Positions 15,250-24,300 of a stretch of DNA of 39,960 nt are shown here, one piece after another (the first letter of the stretch is position 1; every line of letters starts with the position of its first letter). The DNA lies in the IMG/VR virus record IMGVR_UViG_3300018073_000011, positions 1-39,960 of that record; one strand, given 5' to 3'. This DNA comes from a virus. Taxonomy: Duplodnaviria > Caudoviricetes. The position numbers were made by a program, and so were the translations under genes. The notes beneath the pieces were generated by a model, which was given only the letters and a program-made list of their open reading frames with translations, had not been told where the DNA came from and made no database searches.

Positions 15250-15770
15250 TGTTCCATCTCCGCTAGACCCTTCAGAATCTTGATCTGAAGATCCCTCATG
15301 GGCTGATAGGTGTGCGGCGCCGTCTCCCTGGCCAGCTCGAACCAGGGCGATTTTCGGTTCGCCGGCAGCAGCGCATACAGGTCGCAGCTCGGTGGCAGGT
15401 CGACGTCCCACGCGATCGGGCCGTTGCTGCCGCGCGCCGTCAGCGCTCGCCAGCGCAGCGTGCCCTTGTCGATCGCGACGCGCCCGTCCTTGTGCCGGCG
15501 GTGACAGACCAGGACCATCAGGTCGGCCTTCGAGCGGTCGCCGGCCGGGTTGCCGCCCATGCCCTTGTGCTCGCTGTGACTGACTTCGGTGCGCAGCCGC
15601 ATCCTGCCGCAGCCGCAGAGCGGGAACCTGCAGTAGCCATCGCGTCGACGGACCTTCTGCTTTTCCGCGTCCTCTTTGCCCTTCGCCTGCATCCGCCGCT
15701 TGAATCGATCGACCTTGGTCGACGTGCCTTCTTTGAAGTGCGGCTTGTCCCAGGTCGGCGGCCAGCTCAT
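15246..15770 (-). CDS. HNH endonuclease-like protein
   Basis: VRRRDGYCRFPLC...EVSHSEHKGMGG...LMVLVCHRRH; ATG 15770 with GGAGG RBS. Confidence 0.75.
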   Translation of the reverse strand: MSWPPTWDKPHFKEGTSTKVDRFKRRMQAKGKEDAEKQKVRRRDGYCRFPLCGCGRMRLRTEVSHSEHKGMGGNPAGDRSKADLMVLVCHRRHKDGRVAIDKGTLRWRALTARGSNGPIAWDVDLPPSCDLYALLPANRKSPWFELARETAPHTYQPMRDLQIKILKGLAEMEQ

Positions 15771-16114
15771 GATCGCCTCCGTGGCGGTTCGCCCTCGGTC
15801 GCGCGCTTCGCGTAGGCGGCCTCGGCCAGCTCGCGCGTCTTGAAACATTTCCCTTTCGACCAGCGGATGAAGGCGACGTAGCCAGGGTTGCCCTTGTCCT
15901 CGTAGTCTTGGGCGCCCTTGAGAAAAGCGGCTTCGGTCGGCGCCTCCATCAGCATGCCGCCGCAGGTCGGGCAGCAGGGCAGGGACACGACCTGCTGCCG
16001 TCCGCCGATGATGACCGCCTTCGGTGGCGTCGCGCCGACCTGTTGGATGTCGCCCCACCAAAAGCACATAGCGCCGTAGGCGACTCGCGTGTCGCGTTGA
16101 CTGGCGTGACTCAT
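15767..16114 (-). CDS. Zinc-binding hypothetical protein
   Basis: CFWW...LPCCPTCGG...GKCF; GGGAG RBS. Confidence 0.75.
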   Translation of the reverse strand: MSHASQRDTRVAYGAMCFWWGDIQQVGATPPKAVIIGGRQQVVSLPCCPTCGGMLMEAPTEAAFLKGAQDYEDKGNPGYVAFIRWSKGKCFKTRELAEAAYAKRATEGEPPRRRS

Positions 16115-16117
16115 ATG

Positions 16118-16330
16118 TCAGCTCTCCCTATCCGGCATCCTGATGAATACCCGATCGCTGATAGTCAGCACTTCCTTCCCGCGATGATCGTCGACGCTGC
16201 CCTCGACGCGCAACCAGGTTTCGCGCCGTCCGTTCTTGAAGCTGATGATCAGCAGGTCGTCGACCTCGGCGAGCTTCATACCCAAGTCTTCGAGCGCCTC
16301 GACTTCCCACGGTTCCAGCGGCCGGATCAT
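16118..16330 (-). CDS. Hypothetical protein (70 aa)
   Basis: ATGA overlap with the nuclease stop; GAGGT RBS. Confidence 0.7.
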   Translation of the reverse strand: MIRPLEPWEVEALEDLGMKLAEVDDLLIISFKNGRRETWLRVEGSVDDHRGKEVLTISDRVFIRMPDRES

Positions 16331-16911
16331 GTGCACCTCTTGATGATGCGCCGAGCCTCGTCAAAGTCTGCCCGCTTGTCGAAGCGCTCGACCGTGCCGC
16401 GTCCGGACGGCTTCAGATACTCGCCGAACCGGGCGATCGATTCCGCCGGCACGCGCGTCGTCAGCTCGGCCAGGATGGCCTGGAGCGCCGTCTGGATTGG
16501 GTGCGCCTTGGTGAAGGGTCCGGTTTTAATCTCGAACACGGCGACCAGGTTCGTGACCAGGCCGATGCGATCGGGCCGTCCGCCGAAGTGCAGTTTCGGA
16601 TGGACCAGCGGTTCCTCGATCGAATACCAGGTCGGGCTCAGCATGCCGTGCACCTTGACGTGGCCGAGCAGGTAGGGCCGGTAGCGCGACACGCATGTGT
16701 CGACGTCGATCGCACCCAGGTCGAAGTCTGCCGTCAGCCGATGCACGGCGCGTCCGCGTGCGCTCGATTCCTCCGTATACCAGGTGTCGTCGATCCAGCC
16801 GGTCTGCTGCAGCATGCCCGTGATGTGCGGGAACACGCCGCCCGATGACGGGTCAATATATTCATGATTGACGGCATCGAACCGGAAGACAGCAGAACCT
16901 TCGCCCATCAC
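16327..16911 (-). CDS. PD-(D/E)xK exonuclease (RecB/Cas4-like fold), likely partner of the annealase
   Basis: FDAVNHEY, PHITGML, RGRAVH, FGGRPDRI, FEIKTG, IQTALQ. Confidence 0.85.
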   Translation of the reverse strand: MMGEGSAVFRFDAVNHEYIDPSSGGVFPHITGMLQQTGWIDDTWYTEESSARGRAVHRLTADFDLGAIDVDTCVSRYRPYLLGHVKVHGMLSPTWYSIEEPLVHPKLHFGGRPDRIGLVTNLVAVFEIKTGPFTKAHPIQTALQAILAELTTRVPAESIARFGEYLKPSGRGTVERFDKRADFDEARRIIKRCT

Positions 16912-17162
16912 ATCACCAGCAGCTTGCTGGCCGGATCGTCCTCGACGACGACGGCCTTGCGTTCGAGAAACAGGCCACAGACGGCCGTCAGCGCTCGACG
17001 CACGGGCGGCGGATACTTATCGAACAGCTCGCGCGCCAGGCGGACCAGGGCGAAGGCAGCGATGGCGGCCTCCAGCTTCTGGTCGTTGGCGCGCTTCAGC
17101 ACGACGGCCAGCTCCTTCTGCAGCGCCAGCATCTTCGCCGCGTCTTCCGGTTTCAGCTTCAT
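16908..17162 (-). CDS. Hypothetical protein (84 aa)
   Basis: Coupled by ATGA overlaps; helical composition. Confidence 0.75.
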   Translation of the reverse strand: MKLKPEDAAKMLALQKELAVVLKRANDQKLEAAIAAFALVRLARELFDKYPPPVRRALTAVCGLFLERKAVVVEDDPASKLLVM

Positions 17163-18103
17163 GGCAGGTCCCTCGGGCTCTCGATAGCCGAACAGATTTC
17201 GTCGTATTTATTCCGCGTGATGTCCTTCCGCAGCTTGAACCCGTAGCGCCGTTCCATCCAGGGCTGAATCTCCTCCGGCGACCGCCCGCTGTTGTGGATG
17301 ATGACGCCTAGGCGTTTGACCTGCGCGTCGTTGATCTTCTCAGTGCTCTGCGAATGATGCGCGTGCGACGGGTCCGGGGCTGCCGCTTCGCGTGGCTGTC
17401 GCTGTGCCGGCGCTGCGTCCTCGCCGTCTCGACGTCGACCGCCTTTGACTTCGTTCCAGAACGGCGACGTTCCTCGTTTGCGCCAGACCCATTTCTTCTC
17501 GCCGCTCTTGTTTTCGATCTGGACGTGCAGGCCCTGCTCGGCCATGAAGTTGTCGACCCAGGCGCGGTCCCAGAGTTCGAGTCCGATGCCCAGGCGCTTC
17601 ATACAGCGCCGCAGCGCGGACGCGACGGTCGCCTCCAGCGCGTCGCCGTAGGTCTGCTCCTTGTTGCCCTCGAAATACTCCTGCTCGCCCATGGCGAAGG
17701 CGACCGGCTTGCCGTGGATGTAGAGCACGTAGGGCTGCACGACGCTGTTGCCGGACTTCAGCGGCTTGGCCGCCGGCCGCATGCCCCATCCGGTGCGTCC
17801 GAACGCGCGATTCATCCAGCGCGTATAGACCGGGTGCGACAGGTAGGGCTGGCCAGTCGGCTTGATGCTGACGTCCTTGATCTGCACCGCCTCATTGCAG
17901 ATCCCTTCCTCCTTCTCGGTGAACTTCACTTCGACCAGGGCGAGGTTGCCCAGATCGATGTCGTCCGTGAGCGCCGCCAGGGCCGTCGTGGCCGGCGTCG
18001 GTGCGACGACCAACGTCGCTGGCTTTAATGGGGCCGGCGTCGCTGGCTTGCGCCTGGCGAGTGCCGTCGACGGCTTCGCCTTCTTTCGCGTTTTGGTTTT
18101 CAT
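17159..18103 (-). CDS. Rad52/Sak-superfamily single-strand annealing protein, Mgm101-like
   Basis: IKPTGQPYLSHPVYTRWMNRAFGRTGWG...AMGEQEYF...SALRRCMKRLGIGLELWD...KKWVWRKR matches the Mgm101 core as recalled; C-terminal INDAQVKRL...KDITRNKYDEIC domain typical of phage annealases. Confidence 0.88.
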   Translation of the reverse strand: MKTKTRKKAKPSTALARRKPATPAPLKPATLVVAPTPATTALAALTDDIDLGNLALVEVKFTEKEEGICNEAVQIKDVSIKPTGQPYLSHPVYTRWMNRAFGRTGWGMRPAAKPLKSGNSVVQPYVLYIHGKPVAFAMGEQEYFEGNKEQTYGDALEATVASALRRCMKRLGIGLELWDRAWVDNFMAEQGLHVQIENKSGEKKWVWRKRGTSPFWNEVKGGRRRDGEDAAPAQRQPREAAAPDPSHAHHSQSTEKINDAQVKRLGVIIHNSGRSPEEIQPWMERRYGFKLRKDITRNKYDEICSAIESPRDLP

Positions 18104-18153
18104 GGGTCCTCGATGTAGGATGGGTCCGTCTGGTCCCCCTCCTTCACGGAGCG

Positions 18154-18195
18154 CGCCCGGTCAGGTTTCCCCCCTGGCCGGGCGTTATTTATTTT
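18154..18195 (+). terminator. Intrinsic terminator-like hairpin facing against the main transcription direction
   Basis: Plus strand CGCCCGGTCAGG-tttcccc-CCTGGCCGGGCG followed by TTATTTATTTT; one pair is G-U on the plus strand but a C-A mismatch on the minus strand. Confidence 0.6.
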
Positions 18196-18449
18196 GCCTT
18201 CCGTTCCTCTTGCTCTTTGTCGAACAGATAGCGCTCGGTTTCACGCCAGCCGATCGACAGCGCGATGATCGTGTCGCGGTCGCTGGCTGTCTCTCGCCCT
18301 GACATCTTCGCCAGCTTCCGACGTGCTACCTCGAAGCTGATGGTGCCGGCGACGGTCAGCAGCCCTTGCACGCGGTTGCCGACGGGTCCCTTAAAAATCG
18401 ACTGGTTCCCGAACGACCTGGCGTCAGTGCTTGCGCTTCCGGTCGGCAT
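18189..18449 (-). CDS. Small hypothetical protein (start uncertain)
   Basis: SIFKGPVGNRVQGLLT...FEVARRKLAKMSG...SDRDTIIAL; possibly a small DNA-binding protein (inference). Confidence 0.6.
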   Translation of the reverse strand: MPTGSASTDARSFGNQSIFKGPVGNRVQGLLTVAGTISFEVARRKLAKMSGRETASDRDTIIALSIGWRETERYLFDKEQEERKAK

Positions 18450-18618
18450 CGACGGCGCGCTCGTGCGCTGACGGTTGGACCTTTGCGTAGCTGGCAATCG
18501 CTTCGACAACGGCTTCAGCTTCTGCGGCATGCGACTCACTCCAGGGTTGTCCGGTGATCTTGCTGATAAAGGCCGTCAGCGCTGCCGCTGCCGCCTGGCG
18601 TTCCTGCGTGCCTTTCAT
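18424..18618 (-). CDS. Hypothetical protein (64 aa)
   Basis: GAGGAGG RBS; ATGA overlap with the KTSC gene stop. Confidence 0.7.
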   Translation of the reverse strand: MKGTQERQAAAAALTAFISKITGQPWSESHAAEAEAVVEAIASYAKVQPSAHERAVDADRKRKH

Positions 18619-18944
18619 TCGTGCCTCCTCGTGTCCATGTAAACCTCGCAGCCACAATCGGCGCACGTCTCCCCGATCCATCCGTTCTTGGCGCCGCACT
18701 TCGGACACTCGCCGGTCATTTTCTGACCGGGCATCTTGCCCTTGATGTTGTCGGCGTAGAACGAACCTTTCGATAGGGAGTTATAGAACTCGAAGAACAG
18801 CGCCTGGTCGATCGTGGCGTAGTGGAAGATTGCGCCGCTCTTGAAGGCGACGGCCAGGATGCTGCGCTCGGGGTCGTAGCCGATCGCCGACAGGTTGCTC
18901 GACTCGACGGGCTCCATGGGGATGTGCGCCGCGATCCCTTCCAT
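18615..18944 (-). CDS. KTSC-domain protein with C-terminal zinc ribbon
   Basis: PVESSNLSAIGYD...LAVAFKSGAIFHY...SKGSFYADNIKG is the KTSC signature; CPKC...CADC tail. ATG 18944 lies 7 nt after the -10 box. Confidence 0.9.
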   Translation of the reverse strand: MEGIAAHIPMEPVESSNLSAIGYDPERSILAVAFKSGAIFHYATIDQALFFEFYNSLSKGSFYADNIKGKMPGQKMTGECPKCGAKNGWIGETCADCGCEVYMDTRRHE

Positions 18945-18951
18945 GCCGGCG

Positions 18952-18980
18952 AGTCTAGCGACCTGGTCGGCAGTTGTCAA
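18952..18980 (-). promoter_or_regulatory. Sigma70-type promoter opening the early/middle region (probably leaderless transcript)
   Basis: TGCACAGGCCGG-TTGACA-17 nt-TAGACT-7 nt-ATG. Confidence 0.85.
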
Positions 18981-18999
18981 CCGGCCTGTGCAGAACTGA

Positions 19000-19425
19000 C
19001 TACTGCTTCGTAAACGTCCGTTGGTCGGCGGCGATGGTGCCAGGCCCGACCATCAGCACGGGCGTCGACGGCGTCGTGACCGCGCGCACTTCTGGCAGCG
19101 TCGACGCGATGGCGATCTTGACCTGTTCGGGGTCCGCCTTCGGCACGGTCTGGCCCATGATGAACGTCGCCGCCGCGTCCTTCTGCGTCGCCGTCAGCGC
19201 GCCGAGTCCTGACTTGGCGTTGCGCCGACTCTGCTCCTCGACCGCCAGCACGGCATCGCGGGCCGCACCTTTGATCTGGTTCTGCTGCTCGACGTCGAGC
19301 TGCACGCCGACCTTGCGCAGCATCTGCGTCAACAGCGCGACGCCGACAGCGGCCAGGGCGCTGACTAGGGATGGCAACAGAACATCGAGCAGGCGACCGC
19401 TGAGCGCTTCTATCAATCGATCCAT
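19000..19425 (-). CDS. Holin-like membrane protein (LL-H-like)
   Basis: N-terminal TM helix, then AARDAVLAVEEQ...QKDAA...QVKIAIASTL; directly downstream of the endolysin. Confidence 0.65.
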   Translation of the reverse strand: MDRLIEALSGRLLDVLLPSLVSALAAVGVALLTQMLRKVGVQLDVEQQNQIKGAARDAVLAVEEQSRRNAKSGLGALTATQKDAAATFIMGQTVPKADPEQVKIAIASTLPEVRAVTTPSTPVLMVGPGTIAADQRTFTKQ

Positions 19426-19429
19426 GGAC

Positions 19430-19945
19430 CTATACCTTTCGGAGTTCGTTAGGTGTCGGCAGTCCGACGTTCGTCGTGCGTTCCCAGGCTTCGAGAAACA
19501 GTCCCGACCAGGTGTTCGGCGCCGGCTTCCCAGGGCGCCAGCAGTTGACGTAGATGCGCCAGCCGCGATCGGGGTCCTCGCGCGTCGGCATCTTCGACGG
19601 ATGCGTCCAGAGCAGGCACCTAGCGAAGCAGCACGCTAACACGTCGTTGTGTTCGAGCGCTGTGTGGATGAAGGGCGGCAGCACGGTGTGTGGATACCGA
19701 AGCTGACGGAGCGCCGCTGCGATGTGCATCGCGCTCGACGGGTGCGACATGACCGCCTCGACGCCGGCCAGCTCGAACTGCCAGAACCCTCGCGCGGGTC
19801 CGTGACTGATCTGCCGCCGTTCGAGGAAGCGTGATTCCTGTAGCCCCGTCGCCAGCAGCATCGCGGTCGATGGCACGCTGGACATTTCCGCCGGCAGCAC
19901 GTCCATCGCGGCCGGGATCGTGTATCGGAGAATCGAATCAATCAT
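19430..19945 (-). CDS. Endolysin, lysozyme-like/transglycosylase fold (start ATG 19945)
   Basis: MLLATGLQESRF..RRQ..GPARGFWQFE...NDVLACCFARCLLWT...WRIYVNCWRPGKP; QES catalytic-Glu motif; flanked by TM proteins. Confidence 0.8.
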   Translation of the reverse strand: MIDSILRYTIPAAMDVLPAEMSSVPSTAMLLATGLQESRFLERRQISHGPARGFWQFELAGVEAVMSHPSSAMHIAAALRQLRYPHTVLPPFIHTALEHNDVLACCFARCLLWTHPSKMPTREDPDRGWRIYVNCWRPGKPAPNTWSGLFLEAWERTTNVGLPTPNELRKV

Positions 19946-20241
19946 TGAGGGTCCAGCTCTCGGTCGATCGCACGCCGTCGGTGTGTGCGTTCTTCGATCA
20001 GCACGGCCAGGCGTTTCATCTCGACCGCCATCCGCTCCATACTCGCCGATATTTCGTGCATGTCCAGGCGGATCGTCGCGCGCCATTGTTCGAGCTGCTC
20101 GATGCGAGCGCTGTGATGTCCCATCTTGAAGATTGCTCCTGCAAGAAACAGCGCCAGAGTGACCATCGATCCGACAAGGGCATAGTTCAAGGATGCCACC
20201 CGATCCGTAAAAGTCTCGCGCTCAATCGTGACGACGCGCAC
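19942..20241 (-). CDS. Single-TM coiled-coil protein (holin or lysis accessory)
   Basis: TM segment YALVGSMVTLALFLAGAIF followed by a coiled coil; ATGA-coupled to the endolysin. Confidence 0.6.
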   Translation of the reverse strand: MRVVTIERETFTDRVASLNYALVGSMVTLALFLAGAIFKMGHHSARIEQLEQWRATIRLDMHEISASMERMAVEMKRLAVLIEERTHRRRAIDRELDPQ

Positions 20242-20245
20242 CTGG

Positions 20246-20920
20246 TTAGTAGAGCGGAACCTCGGCCCAATCCATCACAAACGCAAACCGCACGACGCCG
20301 ACGGCACCCTGCACCTGAGCGATCCGGATGCGGAATCCCTCCTGCTTCGCCAGCGTCAGCGGATGCTCGCCGCCGACGGGGGGCTGCATCACATCCTCAG
20401 CGCCGCTGCCGCCGACGACGTTCGTTGTCGGGATGTTGCAGTAGCCGCATGCCTGGCCGTCTGCAGTGCCTGTGCCAGCGCCCAGTGCCGTGGCGTTCGC
20501 GACGCGCAGGTCGGTGACGCGCGACGGCTGCATGGTCAGACGTTTACGTCCGGCGCCGGCCTGCAGCAGGGCGGTCTTGTCGGTGCCGCCCGTGTCTGAT
20601 GTGGTGAACCCGTTGATCTTGACCAGGTCGAGCGCATTCTCCTGGCCGGCGGTGAACGCCGTGATGATGGTAGCGAAGCATCGCAGGCGCTGCAGGACGA
20701 ACAGGAGCTGATCGCTGTTCCACCGCATCGAGACGATCGCGTCGCCGGCCGCCAAGATCGTCGTGCTGCCCGTAAAAAAGCCGGTGCGGTAGTGGCCGCC
20801 GATCAGCTCGCCACTCTTCGCCCTGTATTCGAGCGGGCGCGGGCTCGCACGCAGCGAACCGAACGACGGGTCGACTTCGGCAATGATGCGCGGATCGTTT
20901 GGTGACTCAATCACGGCCAT
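20246..20920 (-). CDS. Hypothetical virion-associated beta-rich protein
   Basis: G/T/A-rich, C-terminal LTLAKQEGFRIR...FAFVMDWAEV; located at the end of the structural module. Confidence 0.7.
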   Translation of the reverse strand: MAVIESPNDPRIIAEVDPSFGSLRASPRPLEYRAKSGELIGGHYRTGFFTGSTTILAAGDAIVSMRWNSDQLLFVLQRLRCFATIITAFTAGQENALDLVKINGFTTSDTGGTDKTALLQAGAGRKRLTMQPSRVTDLRVANATALGAGTGTADGQACGYCNIPTTNVVGGSGAEDVMQPPVGGEHPLTLAKQEGFRIRIAQVQGAVGVVRFAFVMDWAEVPLY

Positions 20921-20926
20921 CGGCGT

Positions 20927-21364
20927 TCACTCCTCTAGGGTGCCAATAATGTAGTGGATTCTGACTCGACGCGGGGGAACATTCGGCGCGTTCCAAAAGA
21001 CGCGCAGCGAGCGCGTCGTGAGCACCTGGCCGACGAAGTGGACGATGCCGAACTCAGCCTCGTCCGCGAACCAGGGGTTGACGCCTTGCGTGATAACGAC
21101 GGGCGCCCCGACCTGCGACAGGTCGAACGTGCCGTCGATCGTGAAGTGGCCGCCGCGTCGCCTCGGCAGCTCGACGTCTGCCGTGCCGACCTGGGCCTTG
21201 AGAAACGACGCGACGAAATCTTCCAACACCGTGACGCGGGCGTCGATGTCGTTGGTGATGTTGACGTGCACGTCCTGCAGGATCGTTTCCTCCAGGCCGT
21301 AGCTGTCCTGCAGCCGTAACGGGCGCCGGATGCGCGTCGACTTCAGAACCTTGTCGCGAGCCAT
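20927..21364 (-). CDS. Hypothetical virion-associated protein
   Basis: Abuts the stop of the 2994-aa gene; beta-rich C-terminus (LRVFWNA...VRIHYII). Confidence 0.7.
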   Translation of the reverse strand: MARDKVLKSTRIRRPLRLQDSYGLEETILQDVHVNITNDIDARVTVLEDFVASFLKAQVGTADVELPRRRGGHFTIDGTFDLSQVGAPVVITQGVNPWFADEAEFGIVHFVGQVLTTRSLRVFWNAPNVPPRRVRIHYIIGTLEE

Positions 21365-24300
21365 CTACTTTTTCTGCTCCTTTGGCACGCCGCCGATCAG
21401 CACACCGGGGTTGCGCGTCTTGCCTTCAGCAATCGCCGCGATGCCCTGCACCGTCCGCTGGAATTGCGACGCGGGATAGTGAAACAGGATTCCGGCCGTG
21501 GCGTTCAGCGACTTCCAGAACGCCTCGTCGAAGGCTTCGTCGTAGTCACCTTCAGCGACTTTCTTCGCCGCTTGGATGGATTGTTGAACCAGCTTGCCCG
21601 CCGCACTAAAGGCACGGGCGCCGGCCGGACCCTCGTAGCCGTAGTAGCCCTGCACGACGCCGGCCAGCTCTCGCAGGCCGAGCACGGTGCCCATCATGTA
21701 ACTGGCGTGTTCGCGGATCAGGCCGAGCATCGTCTCCTCGGGATTGTCCGGATCGACGTTGCCCTTGAGTCCTTCGCGCACCAGATAGCCGAGCGTCGCC
21801 GGCACAGTGTAGAGCAGCAGATAGTCGACAGCTAGGCGGCCGATGCTGGCCGGGTCCTTCAAGTTGGCGCGCTTCGTCGACTCGACGGTCAGGTTGTAGG
21901 TGACGTTGAAGAACGAATAGAAATTCGTCCACACCTTGAGCAGTGGGCCGCCGCGTTGGATCGCTGCCAGGTCTTTGTTCTGTCCTCCACCTTGCGCGTC
22001 GAGCACCGCCTGGTCGGCGTGTGCGATGGCGTCCGCCTCGCTGAAGTCTGCGGCCATCGACTTCTCATACTGGCCGAGCCAGGTCGGGATGTCGGCGATC
22101 CGCTGCATCTGCGTGATCAGGTAGAAGTAGCTGTCCGCGATGCCCTGCTTGGTGACGGTGTCGACCGTCAGCTTGCCCAGGACGTCGTCGACGATGCCGG
22201 AGAACTTGCCGGTTCCGACGCCGAGCGTGTTGCGGATTTCGTTGATTTCCCGCTGCTGTGTGATCGTCCGCGTCCGCATCAGTGGCGACTTCCTATTGAT
22301 CCATTCGGCGGTCGACTCCATCGACTCGGTCCCGCGCAGCCAGCGGACCATGCCGGCGACTACCCATTTCGGCCCGATCCGCACGGCCGACTGCGTCAGG
22401 CCGATCGGCTGCAGCAGAGACGTCGTCAGCGACCAGCCCAGGCCGGCGATGGTCGCGCCCGTCCTGACATGGTTGAGCGCCGACTCGAAGGCGTTGGTGG
22501 CCGGGATGTCACCGAAGGCGACGTCGCGGATGCCGGTCTTGAACTGCTTATAGACGATGTCGCCGTGCGCGTCGTAGATCGCGCGCTGCACAGCCGGATG
22601 GCCCAGGATGCGGCCGACGTCGATCAGCGCCTCGTGGTGCGACAGGTCGTGAATGACCGCCTTGACGTGCTCGAACATCACGCCGAAGTCTCGCCGGATC
22701 GGTTCCTTCACCGTCTTCAGGCGCTCGTTGGTCCAGCCGCGTTTCGTGGTCGCCTGCACGTAGCTGGCCTGGCGCGCGAGGTTGGACGCCTCCAGGTCAA
22801 GCTGCGATCCCACCTTGGCGCTCATCCGATCGTCGTATTTCAGCGTGTAGTAACCGCCGGCCATCTCGCGATCGTTGATCATGAACGGCGACGCCTCGAC
22901 CTTCTCCGGGGCGATGCCGTAGACGCGCTCCTGTTTCGCCTTGATTTCCGCCCAGTAGCTGTTGATGTAGTCAATGACGCCCTGCACGAACGTCGCGTCG
23001 CGATCGTCGAGCGTGTTCAGCACGGCCTGGACCTGCTCGTCGGACCACTGCTCGCTGCGGCGGATGCGGTCGCGTCCGCCCTCGTTGCCCCAATTCAGCG
23101 CGATGACGATCCGCTCCATCTTCGACAGGCTGTCACCGATCGCCGGCACGAACGTCTTGAGATACAGCTCGCGCTTCGACCCTCTGGGATACGCGGCCTC
23201 GACCAGCTCGCCGAACTTCTTCGCGGCGTCGGCGTTCATTTCCGCCTCACGCGCGCCGGCTTCGTTGAGTGGCCGTATGATCGCCGTGGTGAACGCGCCG
23301 CCGTCCTGGTAGCCGTCCATTTGACGCGCCAGGCTGGCCATCTTGCGGTGGCCGGCGAAGATGCTGTCGATCGTCCGGCCGCGCTCCGTCGACTGCCGGC
23401 GGTCCCGTTCGAGCGCACGCGGCTCGGTGCCCTTGTTCGCGTAGATCGAGTCCGCGATTGTCGTGGCGGTCGCGTCCAGCTCCGCGCGCTCGGCGGCCTT
23501 CAGTAGTCGGTTCTTCGTCTGCGCCAGGTGCACGATCGCCTTGAGTCCGTCGATCACGCCCGTGAACTCTGGGACGGTCATGTCCTTGTAATCCCGACGA
23601 CGGGATTCGTCCAGCAGCTCCTCGGGCAGCTCGACGGCCTGGCCGGTCGACTCGATGCCCTCGACGAACTTGCGCAGCTCGGGCCGCCGGTTCTTCACCT
23701 GGTCGGACGCCTGGGCGAACCCGAACCGATCCAGCAGCCCATCGATCTGGTCCAGGTAATTCTGGCCGGCCAGGCCAATGGTCGCGCGCCTGGTCTTCGA
23801 CGTCAGGTTCAGCGCGTAGTCGACGCCGTCCCTGACTTCGTCGACGACGTCCTCGGCGGCGCGATACATGTGCAGGTTGATCAGCTCCTGCTGTTTCGCG
23901 ACGATGGCACCGTCCAGATCCTGGCGGGCGGCGCGGTCGAGCGCCTGCTGGCCGGCGCGACGTGACGCGGACCAGAACCGCTGAGGGGTGATGTCGCGCA
24001 CGGGCAGGACGCTGATGCGTGCAGCCGCTGCCGCCTTCAGCGTGTCTGCCGGCGGGATGGCGGCGCGGATGTAGGCGGCGCCGCCTCGGGCCTTCGCGCG
24101 CAGATCCTTCACGTCGCGGTCGAGTTCGTCGATCTCGACCTGCTTCCGACCGATGGCGATGGCCATGGCCAGCTTGTGCTCGGCGTCGAACCAGCGCCGC
24201 TCGTATTCCCGTTCGCGTTGCGCCTGGTCGATGGCTTCCTGGCTCGACCGCTGCTGATGACGGATGAACGGGTCCAGCTCGCGGCGCTTCTTCGCCAGGG

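Noticed and set aside
16327-16911. CRISPR-Cas interpretation of the Cas4-like nuclease
   Set aside because: No repeat-spacer array or other cas genes, and no four-Cys Fe-S set; the context is a phage recombination module.
14436-18980. TTG starts at 14486 and 18980 (also 9691) in the ORF track
   Set aside because: These TTGs are the TTGACA -35 boxes; better ATG starts lie downstream of the matching -10 boxes (14435, 18944).
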